In this document: positions 1 through 13,735 of the stretch, piece by piece | Layout: every line of letters starts with the position of its first letter | How positions within the stretch are numbered: the stretch's first letter is position 1 | Assembly: GCA_028534125.1 (NCBI GenBank) | Contig: CM052818.1 | Location: 31,932,001-31,996,000 of the forward strand | Origin: Lama glama | Taxonomy: Eukaryota | DNA: 64,000 nt | Reading direction: 5' to 3' | The notes under the pieces: generated by a model | Told to the model about the DNA's origin: nothing | The model's database searches: none | What the model saw: the letters and a program-made list of their open reading frames with translations, nothing else | Position numbers and translations under genes: made by a program

Positions 1-118
1 CACAGACTTGCTATCCAATGTCTAAAAATAATGATTTCATATATATTTTTCTGGTTTTGTAAGTATTTTCATTAGGACATATCGCTCTATACCAGTTATT
101 CTATCTTGACCAAAAGAA
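1..118 (-). mobile_element. Old L1M 5'-end fragment
   Basis: 'ttttctggttttgtaagtattt...taccagttattctatcttgacc' resembles the reverse complement of ancient L1M 5' ends (recalled consensus). Confidence 0.4.
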
Positions 119-539
119 AGACCACACACAGTAATTTTTGTTAGTTCATGTTACACGTGGGAAAACCAAGGCATTGACCATGGTTTGTCTAGGATCACTA
201 TGTTACCAATCCATGATAAAGCCGGAATAATAGCAGCACTTTTCAACTCTTGGTTTCTCTAACCTACCCCACAGTCTTTTGTAGAAAGTCTCTGTAAGCA
301 GATTATGAGGATAAATTGATATTCATGGAAACCAAACCATATTTCATGGAGAGACAACAGATCTCAGACTTCTAAGCTCTGATTTACTTGCAGTAGTTAT
401 TAGTGTAGTTCATGGATGATTTTGGTTGGGTGGAGCCATGAGACTAGTTCAAGACAATGAGTTGTTAGCAGTAGTGATGTATGTTAATTCTGAGTGAACC
501 CTTATTGCTGACTGAGTCTTCCAGCTACTCTTTTCGTTA

Positions 540-732
540 TGTCATGGTAACTGGCAATGTTCAAAATGATGTCTCTGTCAGCCTGGGTCTCTGAGTGACT
601 AAGGTGAGCAGAGACCACTTCTTAGCTCTCAATGGACAGGTAGCATGAACAAGAAATAATCCTTTATTGTTTTTTTGTTGACATTTGGGGGTTGTATGTT
701 TTTATTGTATAGCTTAGCCTGTCCTGACTGTT
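540..732 (+). mobile_element. MaLR LTR 3' part (MLT1J/K-like)
   Basis: 'gtcagcctgggtctctgagtgac', 'agcatgaacaagaaataatcc' and terminal 'tagcttagcctgtcctgactg' match the typical MLT1 3' end. Confidence 0.7.
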
Positions 733-756
733 AGAGAGAACTTTGATAAAACTTGA

Positions 757-1110
757 TTGTCTTGGTTGATTCCTCAGAAGTAGACCCAGAGATGAAAATT
801 ACCAAGCAAGTGACTTATTAAAGAAATGCTCCTAGGGGTGACTGCTAAGGGAGTTGGGGAAGCAGGATAGGGAAGGGAAGTAATTAAGTTAAACTGTAAT
901 CTCAAGCAAAATTCCCTCTGACAGTATGCTGCAACCTGACTTTACAGGGGAATTCTGGAACTTAAGTCATGCCTTGTTATCCTAACTTAAAGCGAGAGAG
1001 TTGGGCTTTCTTATGGCTACACACTGCTAGGATTATGGAGTGGAGGTTGGTGCATGCAGAATCAGTAGAAGGCAGTTCAGGGGGATCTAGATGAAGCATT
1101 GGCATGTTCC
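757..1110 (-). mobile_element. ERVL-type LTR (LTR16/LTR33-like), degraded
   Basis: 'tcctcagaagtagacccagagatg...caagtgacttattaaagaaatgctcc...ggaagcaggatagggaagg' resembles a reverse-complemented ERVL LTR 3' end. Confidence 0.55.
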
Positions 1111-3894
1111 ACTATTCTGACCACAGGGAGGAAGAAAAAGCTCTGTACCTTCATTTTCAGTTAGGTATAACAGGAAGACTCATAATTCCTTATCTCTTAT
1201 GAAAATGGCATGGAATAAATGCGCTGTAATATTATTTGAGGATAGAAATGCTAGAGGTTCCTGGAGTCTCAGATGGAAAGGCCATTTCTTCCTTATGTCA
1301 GTATGTTTTGACTGTCAATACACACTCCATAGTAAAGCCACTAAATTTTCCTACCAAGTATTTCAAATTTTTCCTACCTTCTCAGCTTCTGAATCAAATT
1401 AGAGCAAAAGAGAGTATCAAGGTTTGCCTTAAACTCTCGTTGTTATTTATTATTCGTTGGCTGCCAGCAGGGTTCTCAGACCCTTTTGCTACACAAAAAG
1501 ACATGGGTCACAATTGCTTGTTTCCTTGTTACCACTTGATTTACCCCCTCACCAGCCCAGCCTGAATGATGGCTGCTTTTTTATTTGGCTTAGATCACAG
1601 TGTTTTCAGAAGTTTGTCTAATGGGAAGATTTTCTTTCTTTTTTTTCTTTCTTCTTTTTTTTTTTTTAAACCATACTTGCTAAGTTTTATTTCACTTTAT
1701 TATTCATAGAAATAATTATAAAAACTAATTTTAAAAGTGTGTTATTTCAACAGATATATTATGTATGATGGAACTAGTATGTTGTAAATGAATATATAAT
1801 TATCATAGAGTATTTTTCAACAAGAATTCTTCATAATTTCTCATCAGTTGTTTCTTCTACCAACTTTCATGTTGAGAATCTGTGTGTTGATTCCAGATTA
1901 ATGGGGAGATTTTCTTTACTAAGAGAACTGAATAAGCTACATTGCCTTTGTGCTCTTTCGAAAGATAAAACAAATGGAATTTTGCCTGCTATGATTTGAA
2001 GTGAAGGTGTGTGCTTTTTTTCTTGTAGTTGATGGTACAGTTAGTGCTGAAGGAAGATCAGGGAACTCTGGTCTTTGTGATTTTGGTGTGAGTGATGTGG
2101 CAAGACTTCTAAATTAGATGCAGTAGAGTGGTTTGGACCATTTGCAAATTCAGTATAGAGTCATACTGCTCTTTTTCTTTCCCTCTTCATTTGTAATCTT
2201 CCTTTCCTACACTTAATACCTCCAGTATTTCTTGACACGTCTGGACAGAGTATGTCCTATTACAATGTCAGTTCTTCATCTTGATTTTTAACCTGTCTAT
2301 TTCTATTATATTGGCATTATAGCTGATGTCTAAACCAACTTCAGTATTAATTTGGGAAAATCTTTACTGTTCCCTCCCACTCTATCTAGTTTCTACATGT
2401 TAGCATTGCCCAAATTGTTTAGAGTTGATCCTTCCCCTCGAATTTTCTGCCTCGAGCTCTGTCAAACTATTTACCAAAATAACCTGTCAAATCAGTTGAG
2501 AGAACTAATGACACTGGCTATTTGGCATTGTGTCAAGCCCACAAAACCTGGCTAAGTCAGCTGAATTTTTCACATTTTTACTAACTGGGTGCATACCATG
2601 AGGACAATAAATATACCATGTAATTAGAGCTCTCCTCAGAAAGAAGCATTCTTCTCACATTGTCCCCAGACATCACTGGTTGAGAAGTCAGTGGTTTTTG
2701 AACTTACTAGGTGTATGACCTCCTGGACATGTTATCTAATTTCACTAGCATTTTGGAGTCTCACTTTTCTGATGAATATCTTAGGGCAATTATAACAATA
2801 TATCGAACATTTGCATGGCCCTTTGCAATTTATAAAGTGCTTTTAATTGAGCTAGGGCATTTGTATAGGCCCTGGAGTGTACATGCCTCTCTTTATGTAC
2901 ATTCTATATATCACCCCTTCAAAGACAAGCCATTTTGGACTTCTTGGTTGTTCTGTGGTTTACCCCTTTGAGAGATCCACCCCTTACTCTTTACTTCACC
3001 TCAGTTCCCTGGTTCTGACACATTGAATTCTGTCTCTGCTTCTTGGACAAAAACTGATATCATGGAACTCCCCATTCCTAGCTTTCTGAAATTGCCACCT
3101 GCTTGCCTCATAATCTTGCTTTACCCTCTCTCTTCCTGCCACTAGTCTAGAGTCCTACGGAATTGGCTTCTGAGCATCTAGAATTCCAATCCAGTTTCTT
3201 CATGATGTTGAGTAAGATGTCTCACATTACAGTCCCTTGATTCTCCATTTCCATAGAAAAGACAGTGCAGACAGGGGACCTCACTTCCCATTATAATAAT
3301 GAAGCTTCACCCTTTTTCAAGACTCCTTTCGTGTTGCTAGAGTTTTTTCAAAAAGTCTGTTAAGTATACTGAGATATTGAATGATAAAGCCTTACCCAGT
3401 TGGAGAGCATTAAAACTTTTCTAGTATTCTCAGAATTAACCATGCAATGAACATGGTTAGCCTGTTCAGGAGATAGCAGCCATTAACCCAGACAGATGCT
3501 CACAAATAATACCTTACACTTGCTGTATAATAATGAGTACTATTAAATATGAATGACCCCATTTGTCCTCCTGGCATGTGTGTCCTGTAGCATCTGGGGA
3601 AACCATAGCCTAGGCAGGTTAAGTGATTTTTATCAACAACCAAGGCTAACTATCAGGTGTTGAGCCTTGGGAAGGCATTGTATTTGGCAGACACGTGCCA
3701 TAAAAGCTGTAAGTTAGAGTAAGGGTGGGATGAGAAGCCAAAAATATAAACTGACTTGGGTCAACAGTGTTCGGACTGATTCAGCATGAGTTACAGTGCA
3801 AACAGTAAAAACAGAAGAGGAACTGATCAGGATCTAGGAGTTCAGCCTATAGTGGAGTTGTCATACCTAAGGGCACAGAGGAAAGGAGACCTAA

Positions 3895-4058
3895 AGTGTG
3901 CTTCTCAAAGTTTAATATACATACCAGTCTTCCGGGGATCTTGTTAAAATGCAGATTCTAACTCAGGAGGTCAGTGGTGAAGCCTGAGACTCTGCATTTA
4001 TAACAAGCTTCCAGGTGATATTGATGCTACTGGTTACTGGGTCACCTTGAATAGCCAG
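3895..4058. mobile_element. MER5A (hAT-Charlie MITE)
   Basis: 'cttctcaaagtt...ggatcttgttaaaatgcagattct...tctgcatttataacaagcttccaggtgatattgatgct', with the internal palindromic MER5 signature. Confidence 0.85.
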
Positions 4059-7029
4059 AGTCTCAGGAGCCCTGGTCTGAGGAATGGAGAAGACCTTGTA
4101 CCAGTAGGACTCCTCTTAACTGAAGTCTCTTTTGAAAGCCCCAGATTTACTTCCCTAGTTGGGGTCTTCCTCTATCCTAGGATTGGGGAAGTCATGACTG
4201 TCAATGGGGCATATTGGGTTATGCCCACATCCTGGAAATTGACCAGTGATTTTTCTCTTAGACTGGACTTAGGCAACTCTACTTTTTGAAGATTGGGAAT
4301 TTTCCCCCCTGCAATGGTTAATTCAGTTGAAAGGAAAGAGAACACTTTGCCATCAGTGTCTTTGTGAAGAATAAAGTATGTATCTGTTCACAGAGTTGAA
4401 AGAAATCATTGAAAAAAAGTTTTCCTGAAGGTATTTACAGCCAAGAGCCTCACTAAAACATCCCTCACACACTGAATAGAGGGGGTTATAGGCTACACAA
4501 ACACTCTGTCTCAACAAACTGGAGCCAAGTCAGCGTTAAACTTCTCAGCAGCCAATGGCTCCATGCCATTTCGGTTTGCGAAGGGAGTGATGAAGGATGC
4601 CCAGACTGGAAAGCAGAACCTTTGGAGAGACAGCAAATTATGGCATCAACTTAATGGAAATCTCAAATCTTCACCCAGAGGCTGACAGCTCCTGTGCTCC
4701 CATCAGCCCAGAGTGTTTGCTAAGACTTGTAGCTACTGAAAGGAGATATCCAAGTCCAGTCTGGGGAAAGAACCTCACAGATAAGGGCCATACCAGGCTG
4801 AGGAGTAGGTGTGTGTACCCACAGCTTACAGCAACAGTCTGCAGAGAATCTGGGCCAGCCTTGCACTGGTCCCCTAGGATTTTTCTAACACTGAGAACTC
4901 AGTAGTATTAGGATGGGTCCACTGTTCACTGAGAATTAATCTAATGAATAATGTATTTCCCTTGCATGTGGAAATGATCTTACTTCATTTCATACAAGTG
5001 CACCTCATTTCATACAAGTGCAGACCTATAATCTGATTCGAAATAAACTGTACTCAGAACAACTATGACAAGCCTAAAGCATGTTCAGCCTTGCTTGGGA
5101 GTGGTCTTATGCTCCATCCAGTAGAACTGGGAGTAAGGGATGCTCTTGCTCTTTGCTCTTACAAACAAACATCTGGACTGCTTCTCACCCTGCTCTCTGG
5201 TCTCTGGAAGGACACCAGCATTTACAAGCTCAGCTCCCACAGGCTTTAAGGGTAGAGCTGAGTTAGTTTAGCCATATCTATTCTTCATCGGACCCTTTGT
5301 AAAGCCAGTGGTGGGAAGCTTTCTCAGGCTGTGGAGCTATTTTCTCAGTAAGAACACTGAATCATCTCAGATGGAGTTTGAGCCTGTCAGTTAAGTCTTT
5401 GACTCTGTCCTCAGCCAACAGAGATCACTAAACATATTGGACTGGAAATAATACTCAGAAAGCATTTCTATTATGTAAGCTCTGGAAAGCCCTCATAATT
5501 TGATAGCAGTTCATAAGCAGAGAAGACCTGTACATTAGAGAACATCACATCATTACAGTAAACTTTGCAGAGCAAGTATGTTTCCTTTTGGAAATGTTTG
5601 GTTTGCCCCTTCTTCTTAGAAGGTCAGTGGGGTTTTGTGTTAGACAGTAAACCACAAATTAGGAATTTTGAACAAATTCTTTAGCTTCTCTGGACCTTGA
5701 CTCCTTCTTTATAAAATAGTCTTAGAGGCCTACACTTCTAGCTCTGATATTTTAATTTTCCTGTGCTTGGCAAAAGCTATGCATCCAGAGCTGCTTCTGA
5801 ACTGTGTGCTGTTCTAAGACTATTACTTGATATCTCTAAGCCTCTCTTTTCCTTCTAGCAATATTTGCTTCATTACATGTCTTATAATCATTGGTTGGAA
5901 GATAGTGGATTGAGACCGATTTCTCTGTTAGTCTCCAGCACTTAGATTTGAGCTCATATATTTGGAAATTCACCTCTTATAGTAGTACAGCAGCTGAAGG
6001 CAAATCTTTCTGAAATGTTGCACCATTCACATGACTAATATCAGCATATGTTTGACATATGACTAATATCAGCATAATACATGCCTGTAGACTTGTAGCC
6101 ATGAGCTTAGATAAAAGTATTCTGAGTGCCAGTCCAATTCTCTGTTCCATATGGCAAAGAAACCAGGCGATGCTCTTTCTTCAGTGCTCAGTTGATGCTT
6201 AGGATCCTAAAGAGGTGACAGATAGCTGAATAGATCTCTGATTTATTGCACCAATTAATCATGAAGGGCAAGATGGGCACTGCTGTGGTGTTGGATTTTC
6301 TCCTGAGAGTCAGAGAACATTATTCTTTTCATTCCCTGCACACCAGGAACATTTGCTACTGCTTCAAGCACAGAAAGGGTTGCATAAACATTTTAATATT
6401 GCATGAGGCTTGTATAAGACTGACTGAGTATTTGGATGCTGAACCCTGACACATAAAGAGACAGAGAGAGAGAGAGACAGAGAGTGTCTGGTAAAGACCT
6501 AAGATTGTCTTTTTTTTTTCTTTATTAACTAAAGAGGCTGTCTGTAGTAATTCAGAATGTTTTGATGATACTCATTGTAGAATTTTGTCATGGTGCTATT
6601 CAAAGCCCATGATAAATCAACCCCAAATGCCACAAACTACAGGGATATTTTCTTTTCTTGCTTGATTTTCACACACAAAAAAGTCTTATAAAATCACAGC
6701 TGCTCTGTCTTCCTTTTCCCCCAAGAGTTTGGGATTTTGCAGTTGGATTTCTACTATCCCAGGTGGAGAGGAAGACTTCATGTAGATTGCAGAACTATGA
6801 TGTGTTTGTCCTTCCTACAGAACGATAGGGCAATGACAGAGCTTCTAGGGAGGGCATGGTAGGGCAGTACAGGGCAGGCCAGTTTCAGGTGGGTACAGTG
6901 GGTACCTCTCACCTGAAAGGGTCCCAGGGAGAGCAGTTGTGTAAAGAAAACTTACTTTGTTTGGTTTAGCATTCAGGCTGAGTCACAAGATGAAGCCATG
7001 GGTCACCAGGCATCCTTAGTAATGATTCC

Positions 7030-7680
7030 CCAGCCTTTGGAACATCTTTCTTTTAATCATTCTCTTTCAAGCTCCACCACGTCCACATCTGACTTCTCTT
7101 TTTTGTTGTTTTGATTTCTAGCTTGTAACTATTTCTCAGATGCTTCTGTGTATCTTCATCTCCTTCTTAGTCCAAGTTCAGATAATCTCTTTCCTGGATC
7201 ACTGCATTGGCCCCCTAGCTAGATTCCTTTATTTTCATCTATCCAACCCTGGTACGCAGTAGTGACTAAAAATATACAGACACACAAAATAGTTTTTTCA
7301 AGGTAAAAACATAGTTGCATCACAACTGTGCTGAAAATCACTCAATGATCTCTTCTAGGGTTCCTTTAGATAGAAAACATGATCCTTGAGCTGGAGTACT
7401 TAAGGTTCCCTGCCACTCTCCAGCTTAACTGCCACCATTCTGTGCCTTGTACTTCATCATCCAACCCTATTGATTTGCTTTACATTTCTTGAAGCACCAA
7501 GGCCTCTTATTCCTCTGGGTCACACCCATTTGTGAAATTTATTTAGTTCTCTGCTTCTCCTCTTTGTAATTAGGATGTGGACTGAACCATACCCATCTTT
7601 CTCATTGTTATGCCCTGGTGCCTAAAAGAGAAGCTGGCCATATGGTAAGCACTCAATATATATGTGATGAATGAATGGAA
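7030..7680 (+). mobile_element. L2 3' region, degraded
   Basis: 'cctggatcactgcattggcccc', 'ctgtgctgaaaatcactcaatg', ending 'gccatatggtaagcactcaatatatatgtgatgaatgaatg'. Confidence 0.7.
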
Positions 7681-7789
7681 AGACAGATAAAGAGATGAAG
7701 CAAGGAAAAGAGTCAGTGTCTGGAACAGACTCTTTCTACTATAGCTCTTTCCATGTACAGTCATTGAATTCAGAGATAGAGGCCAGACT

Positions 7790-7940
7790 GGGAGGTAACC
7801 TTAGGGAGGATATAACCAGCCACCTCATTTTATAGGTGAGGAAACCAAGGCTCTGACGAGTTAAGTGATTTACCCAACATCATACAGCTGCTAGTGGGCT
7901 AAGGTAGGAATCCTGGTCTTCCAGTGCCTATTCTAATAAT
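7790..7940 (-). mobile_element. MIR SINE
   Basis: Core 'cattttataggtgaggaaaccaaggctctgacgagttaagtgatttacccaa'. Confidence 0.8.
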
Positions 7941-9394
7941 CCTGTACCCCTTGCTATATCTCCAAAGACTTCATATTTGTCAACTTTCAGAACTTTAGAT
8001 ATAGGAGGATTTCTCTGTCATTTTATGAATGAGGAACATTGCTGAGGTTCAGAGAGGCAGAGGGACTTGCTCCAGGTCAGTTTTTGCAAAGTGGCCAAGT
8101 CCTAGAGAACAGGATGGACACCAGCCACTCAACTGTAGCCACTGGCAAGCTGAAGTGAGTCAACCCATGAGCTAACAACATATGACTTTTGACTCTCATG
8201 AGTGCAGGGTGGTGTCTGTAGCAAATGGTCAGAATTCATATTCAGCCACGCCAGTCTCCCATTTCCTCTGCCTGCCACCAGCTAAGAGCTGGTTCTGCCT
8301 TTGTCTTCCCATTGCCTAATTGTTGTGGAACTGCCAGCAGATTCTTGGTAGTGGTCCAAGACCAACCAGGTAGAATTCCAGATCTACCCCTTGGGCAGTG
8401 GGGAGACATGGAACCACCCACCTTTCTGTGCTTTGATTCCTTCCTTCGCTGAATCAGGAGGTACCTAGGGCCTGGGAGATGACTTTACTCAATTACTGTG
8501 AAAATGTGCATAAAGTCCTTTGGACTCTTTAGGGAAAAAGACAATGCAAATTCCAGACATCCTTGTTACTTCTTCCAGCAGAAGAAAGCCTGCTTTGAGG
8601 CTTAGAAGCTAAGCAAACAGGGACTGAGAAGCTTTTTGAGATCCTTTTACTTACTAACAGGCCATGAGGAATGTCAGAAGAACATGGAGGATAGTCACCT
8701 TGGAGTGGCTCATCAGCCCCCAAGTCTGTGCTCATCTTTAGGAGGGTGACTGTGGAGAGGGGCATTTCTGACAAGATTGATTTTCCTTTGCTAAGACTTA
8801 ATCCTGTTTGCCAGCAGGAGTTTCCCTCTGTTCGCCAAGGTCCAAGGAATGGGAACAACAGAAGGAGATCAGGACAGTTTAGTTTGTGAAATGCGTTCTA
8901 GAGGTCTTCCCATTAGTGCCAGGAAGATGTCAGGATCTGAGTGATCTGGAGTAACTGAGTTCTCCAGGACCCCTGCAGATGTGCTTTATCAGGGGTGGGT
9001 GTCCAGGGCTGGAGGTGATGATGGCTTCCTTCTCATTCTCATTTGTGGGGACTGGTTTTGGCCCTTTCAGGGAAGAGATTGAGGCAATTCAAGGGTCAGA
9101 ATTTTTTTTACTGGAAACCCTCCCAGGTCCTGAAGTTCAGAGCTTCTTCACTTTTATCTCCTATGTGAGATAAATTTGTTCAGATTACTGCTAGTCCTCC
9201 TGCAATCTTCTGAAGAGGTAGATTCTTGGAGGTTAGGGGGTGCTGTAACAGAGGAAATGAAAAATCAAGCAGAGTAGGAGAGGGTGGAAGGTGGGGCCAG
9301 GGAGAGTGCCCTCCATTACTCTCACAACCTTTCGCTTCTTTATCTGGCACCAGTGGGTGGAAGAACACAAGGTGGGTTCCATATGATGTGACAG

Positions 9395-9800
9395 ATATTT
9401 ACTATATCACATAGTTTTGGCAGGTCAGGTGTTCAAAAATGGCTCAGCTGGATGGTTCAGACTTAGGGTCTCTCCTGAGGTTGCAGTCAAGTTGTTGATC
9501 AAGGCTGCAGTCATCTGCTCACTCACTTGACCTTAGTGCCTCGCTATGTGGACTTCTCTGTAGGGCAGTTTGACTGAGCTCATGATATGGCAGCTGCCTT
9601 TCCCCACAGCAAGTGATTGAAGGGTGAGCAAGAAGAAGCTGCAATGCCTTCTATAATCTAAACTTGTGAGTCACATATTCTCATTTTGACCACATTCTGT
9701 TCATTACAAGTGAGTTTTTAATTCCTGCTCACTTTCAAGGAGAGAGGAATTATACTCCATCTCTTGAAGAGAAGAGTATTAGAAAACTTGTGGACAGCCT
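9395..9800 (-). mobile_element. MaLR LTR (MLT1F/G/H-like)
   Basis: 'ggctcagctggatggttc...tctcctgaggttgcagtcaag', 'ccacattctgttcattacaagtgagt', 'tcaaggagagaggaattatactccatctcttga'. Confidence 0.75.
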
Positions 9801-10249
9801 GCTACCTAAGACATCCCAATGTTAGGGACAGATATTTTCCATCTTCATGCCAAGTGAATGTGGGCACTGGAATTTTCTGTTTCTCACCTGTGATGAGACC
9901 CAACCCCAAGAAAGACATTGCATTCTGGCCCACTGAGGTGGGCATCATGGATCAGGGAGTATGTATGGTATAAAGCAAGCAGTCACTTCTAGGTAGCATC
10001 TTTCAGTGCCCTGCAGACTTTAGGGAGTCTAGCTCTCAGAGTGAAGTCCTTTTAGCAAAAGAGAACAAAGGCACATACGTCCTCATGCTGTGTCTACTTG
10101 TTTTTACCCTTCCCTGATACCATAACATAACTGCTACCGCTACCATTCAGTTGGTAACGTGAGTTAATTTTTCTGTACATGACAGGAGGATGTGAAAACA
10201 TCAGGGGAGGTGGCAGTGTAGGCTTCACCCAGTCATCCCTCTCATGGTA

Positions 10250-10480
10250 ATAATAACACTCAGAGAATACTTAAAATGAGCCAGAAACTGTCTTAAGTAG
10301 TGTAAACATTTTCTTCACACAACAATTCTGTGAAATAAATGGTGTAATTCATTTATAGATGAGGAAACCAAAACACGAAGAGTGTATATAACATACCCAA
10401 AGTCAGATAAGCAGCAGAATGGTTTTGAGCAGAGCAGCTTCTGGCTGCTGAATCTGGGATCTTAAACATAAGCCTTAGTG
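10250..10480 (-). mobile_element. MIR SINE
   Basis: Core 'catttatagatgaggaaacc'; upstream 'cacaacaattctgtgaaataa'. Confidence 0.7.
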
Positions 10481-10539
10481 GCTTTACACATAGCTTTGAA
10501 TGAAAAAAAAGAAAAAAAAAACCCAGCGGAATAAGACAA

Positions 10540-10712
10540 TGCTTCTTGATTTGTAATGTGAATATACATCTCCCAGAGTCTAGGGAAATCTGTTAAGGTG
10601 CAGATTCTGATTTAGTAGGTCTGGTTGGGGGCTGAGATTCTGCATTTTTAACAGGCTCCCAGGTGATACTGATGGAGGGAGAGGGTGGGAACTACATTTT
10701 GAGTGACAAGAT
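10540..10712. mobile_element. MER5A
   Basis: 'tgcagattctgatttagtaggtctggttgggggctgagattctgcatttttaacaggctcccaggtgatactgatg'. Confidence 0.85.
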
Positions 10713-10769
10713 GTCCCTTCCCTTTCCCAGTTCTTTTGGGACAAAGATTCTCCACCTAGTCTGGACTTC

Positions 10770-10955
10770 AGAATCACAGCAGTGGGGATGGAGTGGAGGA
10801 GGGAAATGTTAAAGAAAACGAAAACAACTCTTCTGCCCATGTTCCACCGTGAGATGTTCTGATTCATTTGGTCGGGGTGTCCACCTGGGGAAGCAGTATT
10901 TTTAAAAGCACTTGAGGTGATTCTCATATGCAGCTAGGATGTAGAACCAGTACCC
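10770..10955. mobile_element. MER5-family element
   Basis: 'cttcagaatcac...ttctgattcatttggtcggggtg...gtatttttaaaagc...ggtgattctcatatgcagctagg'. Confidence 0.65.
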
Positions 10956-11799
10956 TAGGGATAAATCTGCAGTCCAGGACCAGATTAATCTTATTTTTCT
11001 GGTAGAAGCTGTGGCATAGGGTCCGCACGGTGAGGGCCGGCCCACACTGGGCCAGGTATTATCAAACTCTTTATCTGCTGTGGTACTGCTGAAGGGATTG
11101 GGGACAGAGCAGCTCAGTGCTACATTACTTATGCAACAGAATATTCTTAGAGCAGAGCATTAATGGGTTGCCTTGCTTTAGGGGAGAACAGCAGGTCCCA
11201 GCCTGGGAAGCCTGCACGCTATTCCTGGCCAGCCATGTTAGGGATGCAGTGCACGTGCCCAGCTGGGCTTCCTCTAACGTCTCACTTTGCATAACACTTT
11301 TTGTTTTCATTATGCCTAAATTTGGCCTGCCCAGAGAGCATGATTAAAATGAAAACCTTATTCTGATAGTGCTCAGAAAATAGGAGAAGGAATCTAAATT
11401 TAGGCCACGGAAAAGGGAAAAATTCAAGTGGTATAATGACCAAGTTGGTTCAAACACACACGCTTGCAGTAATTTCTCTTAGAGAGAGGAAACAGCGGTG
11501 CCATCCACGCAGGTGTTTGTATAATCCAGGTCACATCAAAACTCCTGTCTGTTTTACAAGTTCAAAGCCCTGGGAAAAATGGAAGCAAACAGTAATAGGA
11601 GATAATAAGAGGAATAATAAGTCTTACTGTCTGCCTTGCGCACAGTGGAGTTTGGTGTGCCCAGAGGGTGTCTGTAATGCACTTTTTCTCTGTGGGGAAA
11701 TGCTGAATGGTGGGAAGAAGCATGTCTTTAACATTCTAATGCAAAGCCTGAGGAGGACTGGCCATGGGCACTTGGCTTCTGTTTTCATTCTTTGCTTTA

Positions 11800-12062
11800 A
11801 TTAGATAACCTACCCTTAACAGCTCAGCTTAAATTTAACCCCCTCTAGAAGGCATCCTCAAGTCCCCTGGCCTAAAGTTAAGTTCTCCAGCTTCAAGATC
11901 TCAGCACCCCCTCTATTTCCCCATTAGAAGACTTGCTTCTCTTTATGGCTTTTGTTTAATCTGTGTTTAGCTCAGCCCTATACCTCCATGGTCTTGCACA
12001 GTACAAGACACTTAGGAGAGGCTTAGTATGGGTGAATGAATGAATGAATGAATGAATGAATA
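11800..12062 (+). mobile_element. L2 3' end with (TGAA)n tail
   Basis: 'gctcagcttaaatttaaccccctctagaaggc' and terminal (TGAA)n at about 12032-12061. Confidence 0.65.
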
Positions 12063-12409
12063 AGGTCCTGGGAAAGTCACTTAAATTCCCTGGGCCTCTG
12101 TGTTAAAGTCAGTAAAATGGTGGAAAAGAGTTTGGGCAGATGACCTCAAAACACCCTTTCTCTTCTGACTCTCCATTAAGAAGGCTTTACTTTTTCTGGC
12201 CTAGCAATCCACTCTGCAGGGACAGGGTGGCTGCCTGGGCAGAACAGTGGCAGAAGATAGGGCCCCAGCCTTGTGGCTCAGAGGAGCACAAAAAGTCACT
12301 AGAAAAGATACCATCTTGCAGTCACATTGCATATTCATCTGACACCGTGTCCCCTCACCACATTCATGCTCTGTGATCTATAATTTGTTCTAGTGGTTGG
12401 GTGTTGTGT

Positions 12410-12640
12410 GTGTAGGCTCTGGAGTCTTACTACCTGGCTCAAATCCCAGGCCTTACTCTTACCAAGCTGTATAACCTTGGAAAAATTACTACTTATCTTC
12501 CTTGTGCTTCCATCTTGCCCTCTGGAAAAGAGGGAGTATAATTTTTCTGCTTTGTAGGTTGTTGTGAGGATTTAATGAGTTAATATACATAAAGTACTTA
12601 AAACAAGGCCCAAAGTAGGCACTTAATAAATGTCAGCTTT
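12410..12640 (+). mobile_element. MIR SINE, near full length
   Basis: 'ggctctggagtc...ctcaaatcccagg...taaccttgg...ggttgttgtgaggatttaatgagttaatatacataaagtacttaaaaca...gtaggcacttaataaatg'. Confidence 0.85.
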
Positions 12641-12759
12641 TTTTTTTATTACTCCCTTTCTCTTGTATATTCCTGTCTCTGCCCCTGCATCTTTATTCAT
12701 AAACTCCCCCTCCTATACTGAAACGTGATTCAACTTTCAAGGCCTACCCCCTCTTAGAC

Positions 12760-12930
12760 CATAGATCACAGCCTGTCAAGCTGGGAGGCGTTGTGTAGAT
12801 AATTAAATCCAAACCCCTCATTTTACAGATGAGAAATCAGAGGCACAGAGAGGCTCAGGCAGTTGCTCAAGGTCGCAGAGCCAGCTGGTGCAGAACCAGC
12901 CACAAACCTGGGGGACCGACCTTGCAGCCA
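12760..12930 (-). mobile_element. MIR SINE
   Basis: Core 'ctcattttacagatgagaaatcagaggcacagagagg...ttgctcaaggtcgcagagc'. Confidence 0.85.
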
Positions 12931-13732
12931 AGGTTTTCCTTCTGACAACGAGCAGCCTCCCTCTTTGGAACTCAGAGCTTTTCTTGTTGATGTCTTTCCT
13001 ATTTTTGTGAAGACTTTTTGGTAGGATGTGATTAGTAATCACTTTTAGAATCACCTTTCTTGATTAATCTTACATCCCTGTGTGTAAGCACGTTTTTGTC
13101 TAAAGTAGATAGTCACTGATAATATAATGAGCTATATTGAATTGGAATGTCATTATTTACATGGGACTTTCAGATATGTTGCTGTCTCATTGATGCAGCA
13201 ATGCTAAGAGGCAGGGATTATTTTTATCTCTTCTAGAGAAGAGGAAACAGGTTTAGAGAAAGGAAGAAAACTGCTCAGAGCCACCCAGCTAACACAGAGG
13301 GAAACTTGTCTGCAAAAGGCCCTGCTCTTCCTGCTTGCCTGAATGAATGAATCTGCTGCTTAACTTTTCACATGCACTTGTCTTGTTTCCTTCACTAGAA
13401 GGCCTGGGCCATGTGTTAAGAATTATTTATATTCTCAAAGAGTCTACGGTAGTTACAGCAGGCTCGCAATATGTGTTTTTTGAAGTAACAGTTTTTCACT
13501 GCTGCCTCCAACTCTAAAGAGGTAGGGTCTGTCCAGATACATACATATCCTTGGCCATGTGACCTTAATCTACTTACTTTTCAGTCTGTGTTTCTCTGTC
13601 TTCTTCTGTACAGTCTGTTTAAAGCTATTTGCCTCCTTTCAAATTCTTTTTTTTAACTTTTTATTGATTTATAATCATTTTACAATGTTGTGTCACATTC
13701 TACTATAGAGCACAATTTTTGAGTTATACATG

Positions 13733-13735
<3 letters not shown>

